Source: Candidatus Omnitrophica bacterium UBA6233
GTDB taxonomy: Bacteria; Omnitrophota; Gorgyraeia; Gygaellales; Profunditerraquicolaceae
Assembly (NCBI GenBank): GCA_002440965.1
Contig: DJWJ01000031.1
Coordinates: 6,348 to 70,347 of the forward strand
Reading direction: 5' to 3'
DNA length: 64,000 nucleotides
Positions within the stretch are counted from its first letter, which is position 1; the number at the start of each line of letters is the position of its first letter. This document shows positions 1 to 8,962 of this stretch, one piece after another. A model generated the notes under the pieces. That model was given only the letters and a program-made list of their open reading frames with translations, searched no databases and was not told the origin of the DNA. Made by a program: the position numbers and the translations under genes.

Positions 1-79
1 GATGATACGATAAAAGTCAAATAAAGTTGGTGAAATGCTCTGGATTATCGGTATTATGACCATAGTCTGGAGTAGATAG

Positions 80-248
80 GTTATAGGTTGCATTCGCTTG
101 TTGGGGCTTGACCCCGTTAAGGAGATTAACTTTAGCACCTATAATCGAATAGTCACCATAGGGCTTGACCCTGAATAGGAGAATGGTGTTCACCGACTCA
201 TAATTCTACTCCGAGACGAGGCAGGTAACATAACAAGGGGAGGGAGTT
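80..248 (+). ncRNA. Putative IS110 bridge/seek-type ncRNA in the non-coding left end (speculative)
   Basis: About 170-nt non-coding left end upstream of the recombinase gene. Contains two 22-nt imperfect direct repeats (104-125, 161-182). Segment 199-215 is reverse-complementary to the element's right end (GGAGTAGAATTAT at 1288-1300). Confidence 0.25.
104..182. repeat. Two 22-nt imperfect direct repeats GGGCTTGACCC(C/T)G..A(A/T)AGGAGA
   Basis: Read directly from sequence: 104-125 and 161-182 are 19/22 identical. Confidence 0.6.
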
Positions 249-1274
249 ATGGGGAGAATGATCGGGGTGGATTTACACAAGAATAGCTTTACCATCTGCA
301 GCTACAAGTCTGAAGATGACTATAAGCTAAAGACGCATAGAGTGAGCCCGAAGGGAATTGAGGCGTTTAAGGCAAGTCTCACCAGGTATGACGAATTAGC
401 AGTAGAATCAACCGGTAACACAGCATTCTTTGTAAGAGAAGTAGAATCGAAAGTAAAGCGGATTAGAATCGTTAACCCGATACAGTTTAAGGTTATCTCA
501 AGCTCGGTAAAGAAAACAGATGAAGCAGACGCTTTGACCATAGCGCGGTTTTTAAGCAAGGATATGATACCTGAGGTAAGGATGCGCACAAAAGAACAGT
601 CGCAGATAGCGTCACTGATTGGCACCAGGGACAAATTCGTGAAGCTGCGCACGGCGCTGAAGAACAAGATACATAATATTCTAAATGCTAACGGGATCGT
701 AACTAAGCCTGAAATGTTTACTTCAGAGAAGGGCTTCGAGAAGATAGCGGCTATTGAATTGGAAAGTTCTTATCGGTTTGAAGTTGATCTGATCGTTGGC
801 CAGATACGGAATTTGAATGAGGCGGTGGATAAGATTAATGATGAGCTTAAAGCCAGGGGCCAGAATATCGATGGCCATAAGAACCTTACCAGCATCAAAG
901 GCATCAGCGATATCGGCGCTACGATATTCCTGAATACCATTGGGGATATTAACGATTTTAAGAGCGATAAACAATTAGCAGCATACTTTGGCATAGTGCC
1001 GCGGGTATATGTGTCGAATAATACAGCGCACTATGGACGCATTACCAAAATGGGTAATAAGATTGCCAGGACTGCTTTGGTGCAGTCAACGTTGGTTGCG
1101 ATAAGGTATAGCCCGTATTTAAGGCGTTTTTACGATAAGCTTAAAACTAAGAAAGGCAGTGGTAAGGCGATTATTGCTACTTCTCGTAAGATGTTAGGGA
1201 TAATTTACAATACTTTAAAGAATAACTGGATATTTGAAGATTTTACACAATTTAAGTTAGTAGGGTGTGTATAG
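249..1274 (+). CDS. IS110-family DEDD transposase/recombinase
   Basis: N-terminal MIGVDLHKNSF... is the typical IS110/IS116/IS902 RuvC-like N-terminus. C-terminal Tnp domain (GIG...ATIF..IGD). 341 aa. GGGGAGGG RBS upstream. Confidence 0.8.
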   Translation: MGRMIGVDLHKNSFTICSYKSEDDYKLKTHRVSPKGIEAFKASLTRYDELAVESTGNTAFFVREVESKVKRIRIVNPIQFKVISSSVKKTDEADALTIARFLSKDMIPEVRMRTKEQSQIASLIGTRDKFVKLRTALKNKIHNILNANGIVTKPEMFTSEKGFEKIAAIELESSYRFEVDLIVGQIRNLNEAVDKINDELKARGQNIDGHKNLTSIKGISDIGATIFLNTIGDINDFKSDKQLAAYFGIVPRVYVSNNTAHYGRITKMGNKIARTALVQSTLVAIRYSPYLRRFYDKLKTKKGSGKAIIATSRKMLGIIYNTLKNNWIFEDFTQFKLVGCV

Positions 1275-1326
1275 GTGCGCATACTGGAGTAGAATTATTT
1301 GACTTTTAACATAGGAGGCGAAGGCT

Positions 1327-1881
1327 ATGGCATATCGAAGCGGAACATACGTTGCTTTTTATGCAGAAGGTAAAACTGAACCAGACGAAACAGATATGAA
1401 ATACTATAATTTACTGCAAGCTTGGGATAAGAATAAGGCTTTTGATTTCTCTTTTGTTAATAGTCATGAAAAAGCTAGCGCCGTAAGAGATACGAGCAAA
1501 AAGATTACATTGGAAAATACCTTGAAAGAGCGGTTAAGAAACTCAAAAAATATGATTTTAGTTATTGGTAAGACAACGAGGTTAGATAGGGACTGGGTTC
1601 CGATGGAGATAGAATATGCGGTAGAAAATTGTAAAATTACCATTATTGCAGCTTATCCAGGATACTTAAATATCCGGGCTCCTCAGCAACTTTCTTTGTT
1701 ATGGCCTACTGCGCTTAAGGAACGAATCGAAAATAATACTGCTCATGTGATCCACATTCCGTTTAGAGAGAAGCCGATTATTGATGCAATTTCGCAATTT
1801 GACTATAACAAATTCCCAAATGGTGGCGGGCTAGGGCATTATAATGATGATGCCTACAGGAGCTGGGGGTTGTTAACCTGA
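1327..1881 (+). CDS. TIR-like domain protein (DUF1863/MTH538 family, ThsB-like)
   Basis: YVAF N-terminal strand, and DWVPMEIEYA with a conserved Glu in the catalytic position of TIR/ThsB-like NADases. 184 aa. AGGAGG RBS. Confidence 0.55.
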   Translation: MAYRSGTYVAFYAEGKTEPDETDMKYYNLLQAWDKNKAFDFSFVNSHEKASAVRDTSKKITLENTLKERLRNSKNMILVIGKTTRLDRDWVPMEIEYAVENCKITIIAAYPGYLNIRAPQQLSLLWPTALKERIENNTAHVIHIPFREKPIIDAISQFDYNKFPNGGGLGHYNDDAYRSWGLLT

Positions 1882-1997
1882 GGACAGTAAAGTTAAGTAA
1901 TATAGATTTACTGTCCCTAAGTTAGTTAATTATTAAGGCGGTATAAAATGGGTACTGATGGCAAAAAATAGTTACTCTGATTCAAGAATTTCATAAG

Positions 1998-2873
1998 TTG
2001 CCCGAGCATGCTCTTTATAAGTCACTAACCGGTTTTAACATTTCTCACTATATATTTAATAAAAACTATTCAGAGCTTCTAAAAATTATAGAATTTATAA
2101 CTAATAACCCAGAGTCTGAATGCTTAATGGACATACGAAATCGCGATCAATTAAATAAGATATTCGAGGAGGTAATTAGATTAATTCACAATTTTGTAGC
2201 ATCAGCAATATCATTAGTTGATCACACAAGAAACATATATAAAAAATTATATAGTTCCAACGGGGAATTTCCTGATTATCAAGACCGGATTAATGTTGAG
2301 TTTGCTAGCGATCCGCTAGTTCAGTTTGTCCACTGTCTCCGCCAATATTGCCAGCATTATCGAGCACCGGATATTTCATTACAGGTTTCTTTTACCGGTG
2401 GAAAAATGAAAAAGACAGTAAATTTACTAAAAGAAGATTTAAGAATATTTGACTCATGGAATGCAACTGCAATAAAGTATCTAGATTCAATTAAAGAGCG
2501 TGTAGATGTATATGAATTAATAACCATATATCATAAAAAAGTACTAGATTTTCATGTTTGGTTTAACTCCAGGCAGAAAGAAATCCATAAAATAGAGTTT
2601 GATTTGTTAAGAAAAAAAGAAGAAGAGCTTTTAACGGCACAATTGGATCATTTTTTAGATACGGCTCTTTCTATCAAAGAAAAATCCAACAGTGGAGAAG
2701 TAGACATATTTTACGGTATTTTTAATTCCAGAGATTATAAGGAATTAAGCGGTATGCCTATGAATGAACCAAAGCGATGTGCAAGAGCGATTGAATTAAT
2801 CGAAATGCACCTTCCTGTTTCTGATAACATAAAAAAGAAAATAAATGCTTGGTATAAAAAACAAAGCCAATAA
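1998..2873 (+). CDS. Hypothetical protein (predicted mostly alpha-helical), TTG start or internal ATG at 2127
   Basis: 291-aa ORF in a very AT-rich segment with no recognisable motifs. Tightly packed with flanking genes. Confidence 0.45.
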   Translation: MPEHALYKSLTGFNISHYIFNKNYSELLKIIEFITNNPESECLMDIRNRDQLNKIFEEVIRLIHNFVASAISLVDHTRNIYKKLYSSNGEFPDYQDRINVEFASDPLVQFVHCLRQYCQHYRAPDISLQVSFTGGKMKKTVNLLKEDLRIFDSWNATAIKYLDSIKERVDVYELITIYHKKVLDFHVWFNSRQKEIHKIEFDLLRKKEEELLTAQLDHFLDTALSIKEKSNSGEVDIFYGIFNSRDYKELSGMPMNEPKRCARAIELIEMHLPVSDNIKKKINAWYKKQSQ

Positions 2874-2895
2874 AACTACAGGGAAGGAGAATACT

Positions 2896-3531
2896 ATGAG
2901 AGCTATTATTGCGATTCATGGAATCAGGAGCAATAAAAAGGATAATTGGATTTACAGTTTTTGTGACTTTGCTAAGGCCGATCTTCGTTTTCAAGGAGAT
3001 GTTGTCCTGCCTTATTATTACGGATTTTTACCTGCTATAGATAGTGTTAATGGATTTGATCGACTTAGGTTTATTCGCGGATTTATGAAGTTTTTACGAG
3101 GTGTTAAAAGTGATTATCCACAAGCAGACCTTAATATTGTTGCGCATAGCTATGGTACAGAAATAAGTTTTCAGGCCATAAAAAGAAGTGGGGAAGACAG
3201 TGTGAAAAAGGGGCCGATTTTGGTTAATAAGCTTATCCTAGCGGGTAGCATTGTTTCTGCTCATAGAGAGATTCCTTACGCTGATACACTTCGAGCAGGA
3301 AAGATTAAAGAAATGCATTGTTACTGTAGCTATGAAGATGAGGTTTGCCGATATAATCCTTTCGGGCATTCAGGTTGCTTTGGATTCCTGAAGCACGTAC
3401 ATGATCCTGTTTGTTATCCAAAACCTTTTGATGATTTAAATATTTTTAATCATCAGACAAATACTCTGGAGCATTGTGATTATTTTACAAAGCAATATGA
3501 ACAAAAATGGCTTGATATCATTGCTAAATAG
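2896..3531 (+). CDS. Small alpha/beta-hydrolase-fold protein (putative esterase/lipase-like)
   Basis: AIHGIRS N-terminal strand, nucleophile elbow VAHSYG (GxSxG-like), later Asp/His candidates. GGAGAA RBS before ATG 2896. The track ORF begins earlier at 2845 in frame. Confidence 0.5.
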   Translation: MRAIIAIHGIRSNKKDNWIYSFCDFAKADLRFQGDVVLPYYYGFLPAIDSVNGFDRLRFIRGFMKFLRGVKSDYPQADLNIVAHSYGTEISFQAIKRSGEDSVKKGPILVNKLILAGSIVSAHREIPYADTLRAGKIKEMHCYCSYEDEVCRYNPFGHSGCFGFLKHVHDPVCYPKPFDDLNIFNHQTNTLEHCDYFTKQYEQKWLDIIAK

Positions 3532-3575
3532 GAAAAAGGTGCCAATTCATTACAATAACATAAAGGAGTTTAATA

Positions 3576-4874
3576 ATGCCTAAAAAGAAAGGGTTAGCAA
3601 AAGAAATATTGAAAAGTAATTTACGAAATAAAAAAGTATATTATTATGTTGATTCCGAATCTGGCATTAAAATAAAAAGTAGGGAAGTTTTTAAAACTTC
3701 TTCAAAAACGATTCAGTTTCCCTTTTGGCCTAACGATGGAAAACCCAAGTATCCCTCGATAAGAAAAGTAATTTGTGAAGGTCTGCCTGAGCCTCTTCCT
3801 AGGGGTTTTTATAAATCTTATACAAAAGGGTATGGTTTTACAAGAGAGTTCAACCCTATAATTTACTACTTAAATAACTCCTTTCCCCAAATAACAACAG
3901 TTATTGTATCGAAAAGTGCTAAAAGTCGCTTCGTTGATAATAGAAAAGTTATTTTTAATCTTAAGGATTTTGAGAATGCCATTCCTCAGGTAGCCTTTAT
4001 GTTGGGCAATCATAGAGAACAAAAGGATTGTTTAGCAAATGACATTCTTTCAAAAATGTTTCCAGGAAAATTTACAGCTAAAGCTACAAAATATCAAAAA
4101 GGGCAATTAAATGCTTTTATCTCGCAGCATTCACTAAAACCAGACGAGCTCTCGAGTGAAGATGTCAAAAGTATTTCCTCTCTTTTTGCCTCGTTACCCT
4201 CAACTCATGAATTCATAAAAAAGAAAGGCATACTATCTACTAAAGAATCTGTCGACAGAATTTTTATTGAAGATATTCTGCAGAGATTTAATGATCTGTA
4301 TTCCCAAAAAACAGAAAGTCAAACCCTGGAGAATAAATGGCAGGAATTTTTTAAAGATAATATTTTGTATTTTAACTTTGGATATGTTGATTTTTTTGAA
4401 AAAAGTAGAATACAGGGTGATATTTCTACTGAAATTCCCGATTTTACAATACTAAATATTTATGGATATTTAGATGTATTCGAAATAAAAACGCATTTGA
4501 CAAAGCTTTTAAGTTTTGATTCCCAAAGAAAAAATTTCTATTGGACCTCAGAAGCAAGTAGGGCAATTTCACAAGCAGAAAATTACATAGATGCTATTAC
4601 AAAAGAAGAGTTAAAAATATGCAAAAACATATTGGATGAATATAGCTATAATATTAATGCAGTTCGTCCAAAAGTTTATATCATTGCAAGCTCAAGAGAC
4701 AAGTTAGCTGGAAGCAAGACTTTAAAATACCAAGGTAAACTTAAGAGGAAACTAAATAATGATTTTAGGCGGTTAAATAATTCGCTGAAAAACATTACTT
4801 TTATTCTTTATGATGAACTATTAGAAGTATTTCAAAATACACTAAAAAGGTTGCAATTAAAGAATGCAGAATAA
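3576..4874 (+). CDS. Shedu-like (DUF4263) PD-(D/E)xK nuclease-domain protein
   Basis: C-terminal PDFTIL...DVFEIKTH...QAENYID...KVYIIASSRD fits the D-(E)xK-Q-Y motif and the end of the DUF4263 nuclease. N-terminal 270 aa of unknown function. Confidence 0.45.
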   Translation: MPKKKGLAKEILKSNLRNKKVYYYVDSESGIKIKSREVFKTSSKTIQFPFWPNDGKPKYPSIRKVICEGLPEPLPRGFYKSYTKGYGFTREFNPIIYYLNNSFPQITTVIVSKSAKSRFVDNRKVIFNLKDFENAIPQVAFMLGNHREQKDCLANDILSKMFPGKFTAKATKYQKGQLNAFISQHSLKPDELSSEDVKSISSLFASLPSTHEFIKKKGILSTKESVDRIFIEDILQRFNDLYSQKTESQTLENKWQEFFKDNILYFNFGYVDFFEKSRIQGDISTEIPDFTILNIYGYLDVFEIKTHLTKLLSFDSQRKNFYWTSEASRAISQAENYIDAITKEELKICKNILDEYSYNINAVRPKVYIIASSRDKLAGSKTLKYQGKLKRKLNNDFRRLNNSLKNITFILYDELLEVFQNTLKRLQLKNAE

Positions 4875-4979
4875 ACAATCATGATAATTTACTAGAATGG
4901 CATTGAAATAGAGCAATAAAACTGACATATTTCAATTGTAAGATATTCTCCGAAAAGAAGTAAAATGGGGAGGGAGCGA

Positions 4980-5123
4980 ATGAAGAAAGTCAGATATGTT
5001 TGTAAAAAATGTGGTCACAAGTTTGTAGCCGAAGTCTTTGAACTAGGAGAAGCAGAAGAAAAAAGATTGCCTACAAGACCAGTTCTATGTGAAAGATGCG
5101 GAGGACCCGTAGAGAGATGCTAA
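4980..5123 (+). CDS. 47-aa Zn-ribbon miniprotein (CxxC...CxxC)
   Basis: GGGAGGGAG RBS 6 nt upstream of ATG. CKKCGH...CERCGG are two CxxC pairs. Not in the ORF track because it is under 60 aa. Confidence 0.35.
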   Translation: MKKVRYVCKKCGHKFVAEVFELGEAEEKRLPTRPVLCERCGGPVERC

Positions 5124-5235
5124 ATTTATTTGATAAACTGCTACTCGTTGGCGTGGCTTGATTAGCAATAAGGTCTATTTTTATTACATTTTTGTCTTAA
5201 AATATATATAATATTTGTATGGACGGGAAAGATAT

Positions 5236-6126
5236 ATGAATCCAGAAATTATTTATACAAACTACAGAGATGAGGCGTTTGCAGAAAAATTTTCTGCAGA
5301 TGCTTATTTTTCTTTCGTAGCAATGCCTTTAGCGGACCATTTTAGTTATCATCCAAAAGAGGTTTTACAAAAAGTTATTCAAGAAGCAGCAAATTCTGCA
5401 AACAGAGAGCGGACAGGAGAAATCAAACAATTTTTATCACCTGAGACTGCTTTGGAAATACCAGGAACAGCTAACGTTATTACAGAGGATATTGTTAAGA
5501 AGATTCTAAGTTCGCATTTTTTTATAGCTGATTTAACAGGAGGAAATGCGGGAGTTTTGATTGAAACCGGTATTGCAATGGCATTTAAATCAAATTCTCA
5601 GATTATTCTTGTTACTCAACATTCCTTGAATGAGTTGCACTTTGATATTAGAAATAATCGAGTTATCTCTTACAATCCAAATGGGAACGTTGACGAAATT
5701 AAGAAAGCACTTTTATTTGCTGCTGGAAGTTTAGAAGAAGACCGGAAGAAATATGTAACACAGGTTTCCAATGGGCTTACTATAGATGCAATTCGCACCG
5801 TTCATTTTTATGCTCAAATTTACCAGAATCCTCAGGTGGAAGCAGGTCAACCAGGTCTTTTCGGGAAATGGGATAAAGAAAGACGATTACAAGGCAATAT
5901 ACCGGAATTTTTTAAAGGAGATTATGGCGAGGATGCTATTCTAATGTTCCAGTTGACTATGCAAGAATTATTAAAGAAGCGCCTTTTTTGGACAGATTAC
6001 AAAAGTCAGCTGGAGGGAGGTGTTGAACATCACGGCTGGGCAGCTCATTTAACGCGACTTGGATGGTTGTTGGTCAAGAATCTTTGGCCTCACTATAAGT
6101 CTGATTATTGCCATCGTTTAAATTAA
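5236..6126 (+). CDS. Nucleoside 2-deoxyribosyltransferase-like (Rossmann/TIR-related) domain protein
   Basis: IADLTGGNAGVLIETGIAMAFKSNSQIILV resembles the PF05014 core with a catalytic Glu. 297-303 aa depending on start (ATG 5215 or 5236). Confidence 0.35.
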   Translation: MNPEIIYTNYRDEAFAEKFSADAYFSFVAMPLADHFSYHPKEVLQKVIQEAANSANRERTGEIKQFLSPETALEIPGTANVITEDIVKKILSSHFFIADLTGGNAGVLIETGIAMAFKSNSQIILVTQHSLNELHFDIRNNRVISYNPNGNVDEIKKALLFAAGSLEEDRKKYVTQVSNGLTIDAIRTVHFYAQIYQNPQVEAGQPGLFGKWDKERRLQGNIPEFFKGDYGEDAILMFQLTMQELLKKRLFWTDYKSQLEGGVEHHGWAAHLTRLGWLLVKNLWPHYKSDYCHRLN

Positions 6127-6128
6127 AA

Positions 6129-6169
6129 AGAATAGCATTTAGAAACGCGCTATTCTTTCTCCTTTTCTC
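6129..6169 (+). terminator. Rho-independent terminator
   Basis: Stem AGAATAGC (6129-6136) / GCTATTCT (6149-6156), 12-nt loop, T-rich tail TTCTCCTTTTCTC. Confidence 0.5.
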
Positions 6170-6427
6170 AAAACTGTGCCATTTCCAAATACCCTGTATA
6201 CAGAGAGTTTTTCTGCCGCGCCGTATTTCTGGGCGTCCTTACTGAGTTCACCTCTTATTGACTATTTTATGATTTCCAGATTTTCTAATTTTTTATAATA
6301 AATAATGTTGTAGAAGAGTTTTTCTGGAGTAAAATATGAAAAAGATGTGTTACGTATTACCAACAGACAAGGTTAATCAGTTAGGAATAATGGAGTCATT
6401 TTTTTATTTCGACAACACTTGATAAAA

Positions 6428-7231
6428 ATGGAAGCCAATCAATTTACAGAATATTTAAAATCACTTTCTGCAGAAATGCAGGTAACTAAGGATCGAATTC
6501 GTTTACTCATAGGTGATAGACATTGGCAAACAGACGGTGAACATAAGGAAGCCATCTTGCGGAAAATGATTCGTTCAGTAATCCCGAGCAAATTAAGTAT
6601 ATGTAGAGGGTTTATGGTGAATCATTTACAAGATGGTACGGGACAAATTGATATTCTTATTCTTGATCGTTTGAATAAACCCGTCTTGTTTCAGGATGAT
6701 GAATTAGTTATTACAACACCTGATTGTGTTAGAGGAATAATTGAAGTTAAAACTAGGATTAATAGTGCTACGGAACTTGACGAAATATTATTGAAGATGA
6801 GCGATTATCTAGAGTTTCAGAAAAAGTATTCCGATATTGCTGCTTTTGGTGGACTATTTGTCTATGAAGATTCAGCGATATCTAATGAAGATGTATTAAA
6901 AGCTCTATATGAATCTGCCAAGAAGGATCAAGCGCGTGCGGTTAATTGGATGAGTATAGGATTAGATAGATTTTTTAGATTTTGGCCAAACGAATTGAAC
7001 CCTGCTGCTAAGATAGGGGGAGATTCCTTCTGGCATTCTTATGAACTTAGAGATTTGTCGCAAGCATATTTTATTAGTAATGTTATGTGGGATGTATCTA
7101 AGCAAGGTATAAATAGCCTATTTAGCGTGGAACGTGCAGACAAGGTTTGGTTTCCTTTACCCGAAGGAAAGGAATTCTATAAGAATGGTTCTATAGGCCT
7201 AAATAGCGGAATAGTTGATTTTAGTCATTAA
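6428..7231 (+). CDS. Predicted PD-(D/E)xK-fold nuclease-like protein (hypothetical)
   Basis: QIDILILD ... IIEVKT gives a D..(E)xK spacing typical of restriction-endonuclease-like folds. The track start TTG 6419 is in frame with ATG 6428. Confidence 0.35.
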   Translation: MEANQFTEYLKSLSAEMQVTKDRIRLLIGDRHWQTDGEHKEAILRKMIRSVIPSKLSICRGFMVNHLQDGTGQIDILILDRLNKPVLFQDDELVITTPDCVRGIIEVKTRINSATELDEILLKMSDYLEFQKKYSDIAAFGGLFVYEDSAISNEDVLKALYESAKKDQARAVNWMSIGLDRFFRFWPNELNPAAKIGGDSFWHSYELRDLSQAYFISNVMWDVSKQGINSLFSVERADKVWFPLPEGKEFYKNGSIGLNSGIVDFSH

Positions 7232-7259
7232 ATGGGCTCTGGCTTAATTTATCATTGTT

Positions 7260-8400
7260 CCTACTGTGTAATATTTAGTTGGTAAATTACTCCCAATAAT
7301 AATGTTTTATCATCCCGCCTAGTCGAGATTGACATTTAATCCTGCCTTTAGTTTTCCCCGGACTATACCCTAAAGGTTCATTGTTTACACCCGAATGTGG
7401 CCTTTTAGTGTTGTAATGACCTACATACTCCCGAATCAGGTATTTTAAGTGCTCTTCCCCAAACACGAAAAAATGATCCAAGCACTCGCGCTTAATGGTT
7501 CCAACAAACCCTTCAGCATAAGGGTTAAGGTTAGGAGAACGATAAGGGATTCTTTTAACCTCGGCATTATGTGGTTTAAATAGTTCATCAAACTCTTTAG
7601 GAAATTTTGCGTCGCCGTCCCGGATAAGAAGCTTCTTAGTTCTATCCTTAAAGATGAAAGAGAGGCTCTTTGTGGTATCGACTACCCATTTTTTATCTGG
7701 CTTTGTGGTAATCCCAGCTATATGTACCTTGCGAGTCCTGATATTAATAAAGAATAGCACATGGAATATCTTTGGCCCCAAGGCAGTCCATACTGTCTTG
7801 GTGAAGAAATCACAGGCCCAGAGAGTTTCAAAGTGTCTTTTGATGAATGCGTCCCAGGAATCTTCCTTGCGTTTAGGAGATGGCTCAATGCCGTTTCTAA
7901 GCAGGATTAACTTTATGGCGCTCCGGGATAGCCTTGAGATATTGAGCTTCTTTAACTCAGCCAAGATCCTACCATAGCCCCATAGTTTATTCTCTTTGGC
8001 CATGCGGACAATGAGATCAACGATCTCCTGCATAGTTTTCCTGGGTCTGCCACGTTTGAGCTGTTTACTAGTCACGCCTTCTGCTGCCCATCTGCGGAAA
8101 GTAGAGTAACTTACTATAGATATAATACTTTTGATCTGTCCGCGCAAAGGCAGGCCATATTTGATGAGCCTACGTTTTTCAGATGTAGTAGTGGTAATCC
8201 TTTTAGGTAGCTTAGAGCGCAGGATTTCGTTTTCAACTTTCATGTATTCAATTTGGCGGATAAGATTAGAATGTGTCATCTTCCCCAAGAGTCCCAAAAA
8301 CTCTTGGAAAAGGGTGCCGTTTATGGTATAAGATTTAGTGAAGTCCATTGGTTTTCTCCTTTGAAAAGTTAATGGATGAAATTAGTAATTAACCTTATGT
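7260..8400 (-). mobile_element. IS element carrying the rve transposase (boundaries approximate)
   Basis: Single transposase ORF. Weak imperfect IR candidates TGGTAAATTACT (about 7279) and AGTAATTAACC (about 8388). Ends not confidently defined. Confidence 0.3.
7287..8348 (-). CDS. DDE transposase, integrase-core (rve) domain, IS481/IS3-like
   Basis: N-terminal HTH region, central D..D..E integrase core (DFT...WACDFF...PYAEGF), C-terminal ...HYNTKRPH typical of rve transposases. 353 aa. Confidence 0.75.
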   Translation of the reverse strand: MDFTKSYTINGTLFQEFLGLLGKMTHSNLIRQIEYMKVENEILRSKLPKRITTTTSEKRRLIKYGLPLRGQIKSIISIVSYSTFRRWAAEGVTSKQLKRGRPRKTMQEIVDLIVRMAKENKLWGYGRILAELKKLNISRLSRSAIKLILLRNGIEPSPKRKEDSWDAFIKRHFETLWACDFFTKTVWTALGPKIFHVLFFINIRTRKVHIAGITTKPDKKWVVDTTKSLSFIFKDRTKKLLIRDGDAKFPKEFDELFKPHNAEVKRIPYRSPNLNPYAEGFVGTIKRECLDHFFVFGEEHLKYLIREYVGHYNTKRPHSGVNNEPLGYSPGKTKGRIKCQSRLGGMIKHYYWE

Positions 8401-8934
8401 TTTGCTACCGGTTAGGACATAGTTTCACTCGTTATTTGACAGGTCTCATAATTTCTGTACCCCGCTGGGAGCAAAAAGCCATAAAATCGCCAAATTCCCT
8501 TCAAAAATTCTCACTTTTTTAGGGCTGATTTTTGGTGGTTTCTTGGCGTTTAGTTTGGCATTTAGTTAAGGCGCGGGGCCAATGAAGCCCAGGTGCTTTA
8601 GAGAGCTAAGAACCATATTTAAGTGCTCTTTTAAATCAGCAAGTGATATGTCTCTAACACCAATGTCCGGACAAATAAGGGTGGACAAACCTATCTCCTA
8701 ATAAATCAAAGAGTTAGGGAAATTAGAGACAAAAATAACCGGACAAATAAGACATTTTTTGCGAGGGAAAACCTCTCTAAAGACGAAATTTCCCTTCTTA
8801 TTGGCCATAAATCCGATATAATACATACTAGCAATAGTGAGAGGTTCCACCTCGGCAAACCGGAGTGGGACCCCAATTTCTATTTCCTCGGTTCTCGACG
8901 ATGGAGTCATTCCCAACAATTTTATTTATTCTTG

Positions 8935-8962
8935 TTGACTTATTGCAAAAATGTGCTACCAT
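8935..8962 (+). promoter_or_regulatory. Candidate sigma70 promoter for the cold-shock gene (long 5' UTR)
   Basis: TTGACT (8935-8940), 16-nt spacer, extended -10 TGcTACCAT (8954-8962). Would give an approximately 170-nt leader, as in cspA-type genes. Confidence 0.3.

Larger units (their letters stand above)
67..1300 (+). mobile_element. IS110-family insertion sequence (approximate boundaries)
   Basis: Transposase ORF at 249-1274. 10-bp direct match CTGGAGTAGA at 67-76 and 1284-1293 marks candidate ends. No long terminal IRs, as is typical for IS110. Confidence 0.45.

Noticed and set aside
320-994. Minus-strand ORFs (320-667, 723-974, 770-994) inside the IS110 transposase gene
   Set aside because: Fully nested antisense to a well-supported transposase ORF, with no RBS or homology signal. 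Typical spurious ORFs.
4267-4455. 62-aa plus-strand ORF inside the Shedu-like gene
   Set aside because: Alternative frame within a longer, motif-supported ORF. Low-complexity translation.
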